A stretch of 63,991 nucleotides of DNA, the filler included, from Rozella allomycis CSF55 (lineage: Eukaryota), in NCBI GenBank assembly GCA_000442015.1. It is 14 parts of 14 records of this genome, joined end to end, with 100 filler letters (N's around TTAATTAATTAA, not from the genome) between each part and the next. Parts side by side here need not be neighbours in the genome. Positions count along the whole stretch, not along the records: positions 12,921 to 14,277 come from KE560504.1; positions 14,378 to 29,955 come from KE560505.1; 12 more parts are not named here. The stretch is one strand, 5' to 3'. Numbering within the stretch: position 1 is the first letter of the stretch; each line of letters begins with the position of its first letter. Under the pieces are notes generated by a model. That model did not search any database. It was not told the DNA's origin and saw only the letters and a list, made by a program, of their open reading frames with translations. Below are positions 12,921 to 24,827 of this stretch, in pieces. The position numbers were made by a program, and so were the translations under genes.

Positions 12921-14236
12921 AAGGTGATATACTTATTGGAAACAAGAGTGAAAAGTCTTGTGATTTACTTAAATTTTCAGTTGAGAACTCAATTCAAAAG
13001 CCAAAATGTTTTAAACTTAATGCCAGCACAAGATCAATTGCATGCAAAGGAAATGAGGTGTATGCTTTGACCTTGAATAGTTTGAAAAAATATAAAATGG
13101 GAGCTGATATGATAATGATTGAGGAATGGAAAGGTTCTTACGATGATGTGTTGATAGTTGATGAAAATTGTATAATTTTAAAACAAAAGGATACTTTTAT
13201 TGGAATGGATTTTATTTATAAGCGCAAAGTTGATGAAATCGAATTAGAAAAAGTGTCTGGCGCGTATTTTGTTTTAAATAACAAATTAATTTGCACTGTT
13301 GGTGGAGAGCTTGTTATTATTCAATTACAAATATTGAAGCCTTCTTTATTGAGTGCTTTGGGATCAATGGTTAAGACTCCAACTATAACTAGCTGTCTGG
13401 TAGGTGACACCGAAGGAACAAATGCTGCTGAAGTTTACAGCATTTTACAACCTAATGCACCTTTATCTAAAGTTGAACAGGTTGTTAGCAATCCAAAATT
13501 TGGAGAAATTATCGATGTGAATGTTGTGTCCACATTGTTAAACAACTTGGCCATCTCTGAAAAAATACCGCACAAAATAATGAAACATGTCATGAAAACT
13601 GGATTGGTTACTTCATGGACCTGCCAAGACTTACTTGAAAAGGCACTTAAAGGAAAAGATTGGGTAAGAATTAAGTAAATTTCTCAAATAGAAATTGTTG
13701 ATTTCTATACTAAAATATGTCAATGATTTGACGGAAGAAGATTTATTCAAAATTATTATTGCTGTTCTTGATTCTAGAAACGATTCTTCCTTGACCAAAA
13801 AGAAAGTAGATATGATTATGAGCATGGCGTTTTCCAGATCTGTCAGCGAATCCTCTGCTGTGAAATCCATGCGCCATTTAAAAGAAGAGCATTTCGATTA
13901 TCTATTTCAATTTCTTGTTAACATGATGAAACAATATAGCAATTCTCTTGACTTGAAAATTGTCAACTATCCGTCATTAGATCAAGTATTAAACACATGA
14001 TTATATAATTCTAGATTACACAATGGTTGACCATCATTATAGACAGTCATATAACTGACTTGATCTTAAAAGAAAAATATTCCAAAGAAATCATGAATCT
14101 CTTAGAAGTTATTTACGAAGAAAAAAAGTTCTGCCAATCGCTGTTGAAATTCAAGGGTGAAATTGCACATATTAGCAAAGAATACGAAAAAGTTGTCGTC
14201 ATTCCTAATTATTCAACTGAATATATCGTGCTCTAA
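12921..14236 (+). CDS. NOL11/Utp8-like nucleolar protein, 5' partial
   Basis: C-terminal WLTIIIDSHITDLIL...YSTEYIVL resembles the NOL11/Utp8 C-terminus (recalled); tiny introns. Confidence 0.55.
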
Positions 14237-14481
14237 TAAACTCTATTTATTTCTTTTAAAATACGCAAGCTATTGTANNNNNNNNNNNNNNNNNNNNNNN
14301 NNNNNNNNNNNNNNNNNNNNNTTAATTAATTAANNNNNNNNNNNNNNNNNNNNNNNNNNNNNNNNNNNNNNNNNNNNCCTCCCCGTCCAGTTAACGAGCA
14401 CTGCGAGACTTGTTATTTGTTTAGGTAATAATTTAATATTAAATGTTTTGCTTTGTGGCTTAATCCTAACAACTCTCAGCA

Positions 14482-16779
14482 ATGTGGTCTTTTGTGAGAA
14501 CTTTGTTTACGTCCACACTGGATAAAGTTGGAGAATATATTGAAAAAAACCAAGAATCGCTAACTGTGCGGTTTGGAGACATAACGCCAGCTCCACCATC
14601 GCCTCGCAAATGTTATGATGACACTATACCTGTGCGGATGATCGATGTTAATAAAGATGACGGAGTGGGAAGCGAAGATGAGGAGATTTACTATTCGAGA
14701 AGAGTGATTGATTTGGAGAAACCGACGAATTTGGTGTCGTTTTCGCAAAAGCAGGAGTATTTGGTGAAATGTGTTGATGCGACTGCGAATTTGGCGAGGA
14801 GGATGGAAGAATATAATAAAAAGAGATGGGTTATTGCATATCCCAATGATAAAAACGTAAGTAGTTGGGTTTGGATGTAATAGTTTATGGTATTGAAGAT
14901 TGTTGATTTGAAGGGAGGAGTGTATGATGAAGAGAATTTGATATTGGAAAGTCTTGAGAGTGTTTCCATTGGGAATCTGTTGGATTTGAAGTTTAGTGAG
15001 GCGATTGGACATCTGGTCAGATTGAAGGGAAGAGTGATGGATCACACGTCAAAGATATTGGTGACAGGTGATGTAAACTCTGGAAAGAGTACTTTGATTA
15101 ATGCGATGTTGCAAAGAGAGTTACTTCCGATTGATCAACAACCAAACACTAATGCGTTCTGTGAGATTGTGAGTGCAAAGTTGAACGATGACAAGGAGGA
15201 GCTTCATGCTAACATTGAAGGGGAGAATAAACTTTTTGAAATTGAAGAAGCACAGGAAATACTAGAGAAAGATGACATTGAGAATGCAAAGATTTATGCA
15301 CGTGATTTATTTCTTCATAATGAGGCATTTGACATTACATTGATTGACTCTCCTGGATTGAATATTGATTCTTTGAATACAATGTCCCTTGTTGCTAAAC
15401 AGGATGATATTGACATTGTTGTATTTGTTGTGAACGCAGCAAACCATTTGACTCTTTCTGCTCGTGACTTTTTGAAAATTGTATCGAAAGAAAAGTTATA
15501 TATTTTCATTGTTGTTAATAAATTTGATGAAATCAAAAACAAAGAAAAATGCAAACAGAAAATCTTAAAACAAATCCAAGACATTTTACCACAAACATTT
15601 CAGACTGAAAACCTCATTCACTTTATAAGTGCCAAAGAGGCATTAATACAACGTAATTTTGAAATGAATAGATTGATTTCTGGTTTACAAGAATTTACTT
15701 TGGAAAAGAGGACGATTTCTAAACTTTCTCCCGCCAAAACCTACGCCACACACGTGCTATCAGATATCAGAATTTTAGCTGAATTCAATCAACAAAGAAC
15801 ATTGAAAGATGCAAATAAATTGACTAGTTTGATATCTCAAGAAACGCCAGTCTTTGAAGCCATGAAAAAGGGCATTGTTGAATTTGATGAATATACAAAT
15901 AAGATAACAGAGCAAGTGTCTACAATGGTAGAAACAAAAACAAATGAATCTTTTAATAAATTTCTTGGCAATCTAGAAAGTTATTTAAATGAAATTCCAT
16001 GGTAAGATTCTATTTAAACATTTAATAGGCATGGACTGTTTGATTCACATAGTTATGCACAAGATTCAATTCATTATTTGAATTCAGTTGCTTCAAGTAG
16101 ATTGAAGAATTGTCATCAATTTTCTTTAAATTTAGTTTCAGAAAACATAAATAAACTTCATCATAAATTAGCCCAAGGATTTCAACACCCAATCCCAAAA
16201 GTTCAAAGTTTTCAAAATTTTCCTCCTTTTCTTGTTGATGAAGAATCCGTTCATGTTAAATATTCATTTGGTGACACTTTAAGTGCTTTAGCTTCATTTG
16301 AAAATTACACGTCAATTGCTTCATTTCTTTCCTTTGGTGCTTCAGTTGCCGCTTCTTCATACAGAATGGCCTTTTTAATGAACTTCAAATCTTCCAAAAC
16401 AATTATTTTTGCTGCTACTGGAGTTTTCAGTAATTGCATTTCAATCTCTTGATTAGGCGTTGGAAGTTTATTATTCTTAACAAGAAATATTCAAAATAAA
16501 ATAAACAGAAAGATTTGCGACAAGGTAAGAAAAGTTTACAAATCCAGCGACACCAACAATCATCAGAAATTAGTGCTTGCTCATTACGCTAGCAGGTGTG
16601 TCAAATTTGCTGCGTGGGAAATGCATAAATTTTACAACACTGAAATTATTAATGCAAAAGCTGAATTAGATGAAAAATTGAAACAATTGAAATATACAAA
16701 AGAATCTTTGGAAGTGTTTAATCAGATCTCACAGGATGCTGATGATATATCATTTGTCTTGTCTCAAGTTCAGCTTTAA
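14482..16779 (+). CDS. FZO1: Mitofusin (dynamin-related GTPase)
   Basis: KILVTGDVNSGKST, LLPIDQQP, LIDSPGLN, VVNKFD, KLSPAKTY; C-terminal TM segments and coiled coil. Confidence 0.9.
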
Positions 16780-16993
16780 AAATAAATCTATGAATTTTTT
16801 AACTTTGACAATTATTTTGTAGTTAATAATCTTCTTTAGGGAGCACTAAAACATGTATGCATGTCAATGTATATTGTACAATTACATGAAAGTACATGTA
16901 TGAAGTCTCATGTCTGTAGCTTGAAATATAACTGATAATGCCAATTCATAATATGAGAAATCAATTAATAAATCTGAAATATCTATTTATTGA

Positions 16994-17740
16994 TTATTCA
17001 CTTTCCTCTATTTCTTCTTCTTCCTCCTCTTCCTCTGAGTTATTTTCACTCAATAATTCAACTTCAGATTGTTCCTCTTCCTCTGATTCTTCCTTTGCTT
17101 TAGACTTTGCTTTAGCCTTTGGTTTAGCTTTAGATACACCTGCATTTCCAGAGCTTTTATACTCTTTCATTTCTTCTTGATACCTCTGCTTATCGCGAGC
17201 AGCAATATCATTATATTTCTACTCATCACGGATTAATCTCTATACCTTTTTAGAGCTCTCTGGAAGTTCTTTCCACATCTCTCCGCAAATCTTTGAAATC
17301 TCTCCAGCCTTCTTTCCTGGATTGTCAGCCCTAAGTTTTGGTCCAACTTCTTTCATATATGCAAAGTAGGCTGTCGTTGCCTTTTTGGGTGCGTTTGGAT
17401 CTTTTTCCTTTTTACTTGCGCCTTTAACGCTCTTCTTTCCCTTTTCCTTGCTTTCGCTCTTATATTCATCTGATGCCTTGTATGCCTCCATTTCTTTGTT
17501 ATACGCCTCCTTTAACTTGGCAGCCTTCTCGACATATGGCTAGGATTAAACAAACATCACATGTCTTACCTTTTTCTCTGACTCGCTCAGCTCGTTCCAT
17601 CTTGCTGATATTAGCTTTGATAGTTCACCAACACTTATTTTTGGATTCTCTTGCTTCACTTTGTCTCTATGCTCGTTTGCATATATGAAATAGCTGCTCT
17701 GTGGGCGTTTTGGCGCGGAAGAATCCTTTGTCTTTGGCAT
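16994..17740 (-). CDS. HMGB-type protein with two HMG boxes and an acidic tail
   Basis: APKRPQSSYFIY..W and KDPNAPKKATTAYFAY..W; E-rich tail; two introns. Confidence 0.9.
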
Positions 17741-17838
17741 GGTGAATGTACAAGGGTCGTTGGCGCCAATCTGAATTTATGGAAATGAATTACGTAAATT
17801 TCTTAGTTAAAAAGATAGATTTTCTTTTAATTAGTTTA

Positions 17839-18585
17839 TTACAGTGTGCGAATAAATGCGCCATTGCGGGAATTGATCCTAATTTTGCTTCCTACTTTGA
17901 CATGTGACGATAATCCTGTGATTCTTGCACCACCTGCTATCAATACACTAAAATCGTTTTAATGGGAATTTCTTACTCTTTATGAGTCCCATTGTCGCTC
18001 AAATCTTTGGCGACTGTAACCTCAATGAACTCTGGAAGATCTACAACTAATGGCTTCCCATCCAAATTTTCTTTGACTATAACAGTGACATCATCTAATT
18101 TGAAAATTCGAGTAATTCTTTACCTTCCAAAAATGAAATCAGTTCAGGCCTTATGATTGCCCTGTCAATTTCAACTTGTTCGAATGTCGCCTTGTTCATC
18201 ACACAAACGATAGAATCGTCGTGATATAAATACGAATACAACTTTTTTTCTAAATTCATAACTAATTATGATCAATAAGCATAGTTTATACTAGGCACAT
18301 TCTGTTCAGTGTCGTATTTCTGAGTAGTCTCTATCCCATTCAAAGCATTGCGAACATCAACCTATAAACAATACAAACAATTATTACAGTGACGTATCTT
18401 TTTTGACGACCAGATCCGGATGGACTTGATTCCTTCACAATATGTGGCGCCCCATCAATGTCCACAATATCGCCTCTGGCCAATCTTTTAGCTACCTTGT
18501 AATCAGAATAAAATCTGAAAAGTGGGAGGAAGCTATTTTTTCTCCAAAGATATCCGGCTGATGGGAGTTTCGCAATTCGGTTCAT
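17839..18585 (-). CDS. efp: Elongation factor P (bacterial type) with N-terminal mitochondrial-like presequence
   Basis: Spliced (4 introns): LARGDIVDIDGAPHIV..VDVRNALNG..YSYLYHD..MNKATFEQVEI..VDLPEFIEVTV..VKVGSKIRINSRNGAFIR; Arg-rich, acid-free N-terminus. Confidence 0.8.
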
Positions 18586-18782
18586 GAAATTGATAAGTTA
18601 CAAATTTGGCAAATTGGTTCAATGAGACGAAAAACATACCTGAACGCAAAAAAGATAAGAAATATAGTTGAATAAATTTTAAGAATGCTGAGAGTGAGAT
18701 TCGTCGTAATGAATGGAGATCGAAGGGAATGCATGAAAGTTATTTAGACTTCAAATGACAGAATTGTAAATAGCATTTATTA

Positions 18783-19806
18783 TTAACGTCTTCTGTTGCG
18801 ACTCCTTGAGCGCCTTCGTTCCCTGCTTCGAGATCGATAGCGTCGAGAATCTCTGTCCCGAGATGGTGTTCTTGAACGATATCTTTTTCTGTCTCCAGAT
18901 CTTGACCTATACCTTTTCTTTCTCTCACGTGATCTTCTTCTTGATCTGGACCTTGAACGTCTCCTATCCCGCGACCTTTCCCTAACTCGTCCTCTGTCCC
19001 TAGACTTTTCTCTACCTCGAGACCGATCTCTATCTCTATCCCGAGATCTTTCTCGTTCTCTGGATCTCTCTCTTTCATAGTCCTTTTCTACTACCTTAGA
19101 AGTGTCATTCTCGTCTTTGCTGTCTGAAACATCATGACGAGGAGAGTTTTTATCAGACTCGTGATTGGTTTCGGCATCATTCCCTTTATTGATTTTACCA
19201 GTCCATTTGTCCAATAAATTTGAAATTAAATCACTTCCTTTATGTAATACTAATTTTTCATCTTTAACTGGAGTTGCACGTGAAGATTCACATTGTTCTG
19301 CGTCCTCAAATTCGCAAAGTAAATAATCCTCTATCATTCGCTTCACATTTTTGGCCTTTAATTTTTCCTTTAGAATAGATATGTTCATGTCTTCTGTAAC
19401 ATTTTCAATGACGATGTAATTTTCAGGAACAGTTATTGATTGTAACCATTCAATAGATTCATTTTTCAAATTTTCTTCAATAATAGCTTTATCCGTAATT
19501 CCTTTCATTGGCCCCTTGTGCATCTGAACACGTAACTGACGTCCCCCAAGCTCGGTACCAGTCAAATGAAGGGCAGTTGATGCTTCACCGTATTCTTCAA
19601 ATTGTATAATACATTCAAAAGTATTCTTCTCGATAAAGCTATTGTTATCAGTGTCAGGGCAACTTTACCTTGGATAAAAGTTAAAATGTTTAATTGTCCC
19701 AACAAAATCGAACAGCTTTCGTAATATATCTTCACTTACTAGATTAGAAATACTCAGTACCTTAGAAAAGTAAGAGAAATATGATTACTTTGACTGACCT
19801 AACCAT
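18783..19806 (-). CDS. RRM/RS-domain splicing factor (SRSF11/SREK1-like)
   Basis: N-terminal RRM (ALHLTGTELGGRQLRV) and long RS/RE tail. Confidence 0.8.
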
Positions 19807-19944
19807 TTGAGAAATATCTAAAAGTTCCCATGACGTATTTGAGAGACATTAAAAGGGCTGGACTAAAATGCGCAAAACATAAAATTATAATAAGGCCTAA
19901 ACAGTCGATCTTTATTTCTTAAAAATCTCATAGCCCTTTCGGTC

Positions 19945-20938
19945 ATGCTTCGCCACTTTTTTTCTAGGCAAATGTCATACAAAGTTCGCTCTATTGGTGC
20001 CAAGTACTCTTCCGAATTTAGAACCTACATTGGTAATTGTTTTGCAATGTCTTGTTAGAAAATGCAAAAGGACAAGTGATTTCACCATTCCACGATATTC
20101 CTTTGTATGCCGATGAGGAAAAAGGAATTCTCAACTTTATCGTCGAAATCCCACGTTGGTCCAATGCTAAGATGGAAATTTCAACAGGAGAATTTATGAA
20201 CCCTATCAAACAAGACGTCAAGAAAGGGCAAGTCAGGTTTGTTAAAAATGTCTTTCCATTCCATGGATACATTTGGAATTATGGAGCCTTCCCTCAAGTA
20301 CCGAAATTCTACTCTTTAAAATAGACATGGGAAGATCCAACTCACACTGACAAAGACACTACTTGCAAGGGTGACAACGACCCTGTTGATGTTCTCGAAA
20401 TTGGTGAATCCGTTGGTTACATTGGTCAAGTAAAGCAAGTCAAAGTCCTTGGCGCATTTGCTTTAATTGACGACAACGAAACTGATTGGAAAGTTATTGT
20501 TATTGACATTAATGATCCTTTGGCTGAAAAGTTAAATGGTAGATTTTACACGTGATTATTTCCGTAGATATTGAAGATGTCAACGTACATATGCCTGGTC
20601 TTTTGAGAGCAACTTTGGAATGGCTAAAAGTCTACAAAATTCCAGATGGAAAACCAGTGAATAAAATCGCTTTTGCAGAAGCTGCTCTAAACAAAGAATT
20701 TGCCATCAAAGTCATTAAGGAGACACATGAATTTTGGAAAAGATTAATCACCAACGCTGTACCATCCAAAACCGACTCATATGAGTTGTCTACATCCAAC
20801 GTTGCTGTCGAGGGAAGTCCTCACAAAATTTCTTTTGAAGACGAAAGAATGTCTAAAATTTCTCCAGCCAACAATTTGCCACAAGTTTCAACTCCAACAT
20901 CTCTTGACAAATGGTATTATGTTTCATCTTTGCTCTAA
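19945..20938 (+). CDS. IPP1: Soluble inorganic pyrophosphatase, with two in-frame ATGs (19945 and 19972)
   Basis: [47 protein letters not shown]. Confidence 0.96.
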
Positions 20939-21208
20939 AATAAATCACGATTTAATTAGCTAGCAATGCTATTTTCATTCTATTGTTTAAAAATACGTGA
21001 GCCAATCAAGGGAATGTTTGATGTTCCATTGTTCAATGTGCTTTATTTAATTCTTGTTAGGTATTGTTTATTTCATATTTTACTTAGAAATGATCGATGC
21101 AATTTTAGTGTAGGGTTCAGGTTGGTCCAAATCTACAGTTCTAAAAATAGCATTCACGGGCGTGAATTTGGATGGTTTCATAAACCCTGTTTCATCCCTG
21201 TCGTCAGA

Positions 21209-21703
21209 ATGAGCACGGAATTCGAATCAACTTATGAACATATTATAATGCTTTTGCAGGCAGCTCAATATATTGAGCAAAGATCTTCATCCAAATTTTT
21301 ACCCGGTTCACCGACTGCATCTTCAGCATCTACTAATGGCGACGATAAAAACTATAATGAAAATTATGAATATAGCGGACAAGAATTCAAATACGATGAC
21401 TCAACAATTGCTCCATACGCTATCAAAAACCAGCCGTATGGGGGTAAGCGGTATATTTGCAAATATTCGGGATGTAATAGTGCATTTACTTGCCGGAATC
21501 ATTTGGTTAGGCATCAAAGAATACATACCGGTGAAAAACCATTTCAATGTGAATTTAAGGGTTGCACTAAGAGATTCAGCAGAAAAGACAATATGATAAC
21601 TCATTATAAAGGCCATTTCAAACATATGACATCTAAAAGAGGCTCATTGCCAATTACACCCCCGCTAGAGAGCCAGATAGAAGATCCCTCATACTCGGAA
21701 TAG
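21209..21703 (+). CDS. Two-finger C2H2 transcription factor
   Basis: CKYSGC..HQRIH-TGEKPF-QCEFKGC..FSRKDNMITHYKGH; likely start is MSTEF. Confidence 0.85.
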   Translation: MSTEFESTYEHIIMLLQAAQYIEQRSSSKFLPGSPTASSASTNGDDKNYNENYEYSGQEFKYDDSTIAPYAIKNQPYGGKRYICKYSGCNSAFTCRNHLVRHQRIHTGEKPFQCEFKGCTKRFSRKDNMITHYKGHFKHMTSKRGSLPITPPLESQIEDPSYSE

Positions 21704-21827
21704 GGGATCTTCAGATTTTTCACTTTTTTAAAATAAATATCTACAACTATATACAACTAAAACTTATTTTCTGCATACGTTCTGAATAACTTGTACATGT
21801 GCAGACAAAAACTGTGGCTTGCGGGCG

Positions 21828-22412
21828 ATGATACTTCTCGATTCTTTTGCGCCAGAAAAGTGTTTATCTGAGGATAACAAACTTCGCTACACAGAGGAAA
21901 ACATAAAGCTGAATTCTACTAACGATTTATCAAGTCTGGGACTTCCTCAAATGGGTTCCATTTTCATGTATTCCAAGTAAGTGGAGATATTGTTTTTGTT
22001 AGTTATTTGGTGTGGTATAACTCTGATATATGCAAAGGGATAAAGTTAATGTATCCACAAATTGTTTTGCATGCTATTTGCAGAGAAAGTGAATCGTACT
22101 TGTACTGCCAAGTTGAAACAGACTCTGTTGTCTCAGAAAGTGGAGAAAATCTTATGTCCTTTAATAACGAAGATGATGATAATGCTTCTATGATTGAATT
22201 ACATTTTGTTCCAATTACACCGGCCAATGGTAATATTGATGAAAATGTTGGAATTAGTGGATCAGATGTTCGTGGCAATGTCTGAATGTTCTGCACTACA
22301 TCCTAACGTGGAAGAAGGCGAAGAAGAAGAAGGGGAATCTACATTATTTACAGAAGAACTATTGCGCCAACTTGAAGATTCAAAGAAAAATGATGAGGAA
22401 GCTGGTAAATAA
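21828..22412 (+). CDS. CLNS1A: pICln/Lot5 methylosome subunit
   Basis: GIKLMYPQIVLHAICR..YLYCQ, ELHFVP, MFVAMSECSALHP; two introns. Confidence 0.85.
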
Positions 22413-22422
22413 AATTCATTTA

Positions 22423-23466
22423 TTAAAATAACAATGTTTCTTTGTCTTCTATATAATTCAAATCTTGCTCGGCCATCAATCTTTGAACGTAAAAATAAAG
22501 GCTGACATTGTTAAAGTCACTCTTCGACATCATGGAAATAAGCTTATCTGTAGTTGCTATTAAGGATGCCCTTGAAAGGATTATTTGATCCTGCTGGTTA
22601 CAAGTATCGAAGCCATCACATATATTGATTATCCCAAGAGATTGGAAAAATGCCACATGCTTAAGATCTGCAAAATAAGATAAATTTTCGCAATTCAACA
22701 AAACTTCGTTTGGAAAATTCTTCGCCAAAAGGTAAGCTAAATGTTGGGCTTTTTTGTAAAAGTAAACACCTAATTTCCGACAAAATTAGAGAATTACTTT
22801 TTCCATCATATTGATAAACATCAAAAAAGTGACTTTGAGCTATGGATAATTTGCGGATAAATTCATTAGTATTCTTTCCGCACGATTTAGCAAGTTGTAA
22901 AATGAAAGAGCCAAGTGATTTGTATTTTTGCGAACTAAGCCAATTGCCTAGATCGTTTAAGACTAATTTGATAGATTCAGCCAAAGGCTTGAGTGGGCCT
23001 GGTTTTGAGGCATAGACTCCATCCATAACTTTATCTTCGTAACTCACAGGAATATTAAACAAAGAGGACACGTCGGACAACGAAATATTTGACAGAATTT
23101 CGTTTTTAATATTGTGATACGTAATATGCATTGTATATAGTCCGAATTCCATGATATTTGATGAATTATCACGTCCTGCGTCTTTGAGAAGTTTATCGAA
23201 ACTAGTTCCAAACGATAGATAGCCTTTTAAGGCAACAAATGTCACTTTCTGTTCCAAATTATCAAACTTGAAAGGTATATTGTCTATTGTTGGAGAGGAG
23301 TCTTTGGCCAAATCAAGATCAATACTGCTTATAAATTCACGCATGCGTTCTTCATTTATCTATTCTAACAAACTATAAAAAATACTTCTATCAATTTTGT
23401 TTCTCTGATTATTTCTTTACAACTCGCCACTATCGTTTGTGTCAAATCCGTTTTTTCAACTGTCAT
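22423..23466 (-). CDS. Divergent queuosine-salvage (QNG1/DUF2419-like) family protein
   Basis: FFDVYQYDGK/SVYFYKKAQ and LSYFAD resemble the FxD..VxFYKRAQ..LTxFADY motifs. Confidence 0.55.
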
Positions 23467-23907
23467 TTTTGAAATTTCCACATCACATCTAATTGATAAA
23501 CAGATAAAATTAGATATACTTTTTGCTGTATTTATCAAAAATTAAAGTAATAATTTGTACCTCAAGGCATTACTTTTCATGGGAACTTTTGCACCTCAAG
23601 ATCAAAAGCCGGGTTGGGTTGCGGTGTTTTGCTTATTTTTGATATGGGGATTGACTTATATACCAAGATTTATATATAGGAACTTGAGAAACTCGGGAGA
23701 TTCTGTAAAACCAGAGGAAGGTGGTCAAGAAGGTAGTCCCCTTGTGAAAGTAAGATCACATGATGATCTGAAAGTAGGAAACTAGGTATTATAGGGCATA
23801 CGCCGAGGCTAGAGACGGTTTACTCTGGCTCACAGTAGCAGTGTTAATCTCGTTCGCGGGAAAGTCCAATCAAGCAACAACTACTGTGTTCAGGTACGAG
23901 AATTCAT

Positions 23908-24238
23908 TTATGATGAAAACAGTTGGCTTTTCTTTGCCGATTGGGTTATTTTAGTTTTACTCTCATACTTTACAGACAGCCCGCCTTTGTTAACAGCACT
24001 TCGCATGCTGGGAATCATATTTGCTACAATTATCATTATTGTCGCCTTTGCATCAGCTGACGGTAGATTTGCAGGAGTATAAAAATAAATCAACTTTGAC
24101 CGTCCATTCTTGCGATTCTTTAGTTAACGTTGTTCATTTTGGAGACTTCCTTACCAATTAATGTCATTTATGTCGAAAAGTAAAAGAAATATATATAAAA
24201 TCATACAACAACGCCATTCATAATACTTTAGTCGTCAT
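23908..24238 (-). CDS. Small hypothetical membrane protein
   Basis: Hydrophobic N-terminus and a possible intron; no family recognised. Confidence 0.25.
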
Positions 24239-24364
24239 TTTCCGACAACCGTTAATCGTAAAAATCCTTTTGTAGAAATTGCTCAATCCCCGCTGTAAAC
24301 TATTTTTTATTAAACTTTAAACACACAATTAAATCTATTTTTGTTTTTTTCTAGAACTAGGACG

Positions 24365-24658
24365 TTAGTTTAATAATGCAGTCTTTTCAACTGTTTTTGA
24401 TTTGATTGGTCTTTTCACAATTTTCTTGTTATTGGTGGTATTTATTAGATCTTTAAGGTCAAAAGTGCTACTAGCAGTTGAAACTTGGTGTTCATTTGCA
24501 TTATGAGTGTCTTCCGGGTTAGATTCGAACGTGTCATTTGTAGATCTATCGCTTGTTGCTTTTTGAAAAAAGTGGTAAAGGCCAAAGAATATAACTATGA
24601 GAATTATGCAAAATAGGGCGAAAACTATGGCATTAATTTGTCGCTTTTGAATTTTCAT
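24365..24658 (-). CDS. Small single-pass membrane protein
   Basis: 97-aa ORF with one strong TM helix. Confidence 0.4.
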   Translation of the reverse strand: MKIQKRQINAIVFALFCIILIVIFFGLYHFFQKATSDRSTNDTFESNPEDTHNANEHQVSTASSTFDLKDLINTTNNKKIVKRPIKSKTVEKTALLN

Positions 24659-24827
24659 TTCCTTTTAAAGCAGGTGGCTAAGATTGACCCGTAGGCATGC
24701 CCGGAAATGGTTTAATTAGCAAATAATTTTGAGAATTGTGACCCAATTGTTTTTATGGCATTCAAATTTCATGGTGGATATGGAAATAATTGTTTTACTG
24801 TAGCTAAGCTACTAGTTGAATAGAGTG

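Noticed and set aside
14560-15045. Antisense and alternate-frame ORFs here and at 1923, 32616 and 57076
   Set aside because: Shadows of real genes with no recognisable motifs.
20966-21208. Long N-terminal extension of the zinc-finger ORF
   Set aside because: Looks like AT-rich intergenic read-through; MSTEF at 21209 is the more plausible start.
21680-21712. Hairpin over the zinc-finger stop followed by T runs, terminator-like
   Set aside because: Only a 9-bp stem in a eukaryotic gene with a normal AATAAA downstream.
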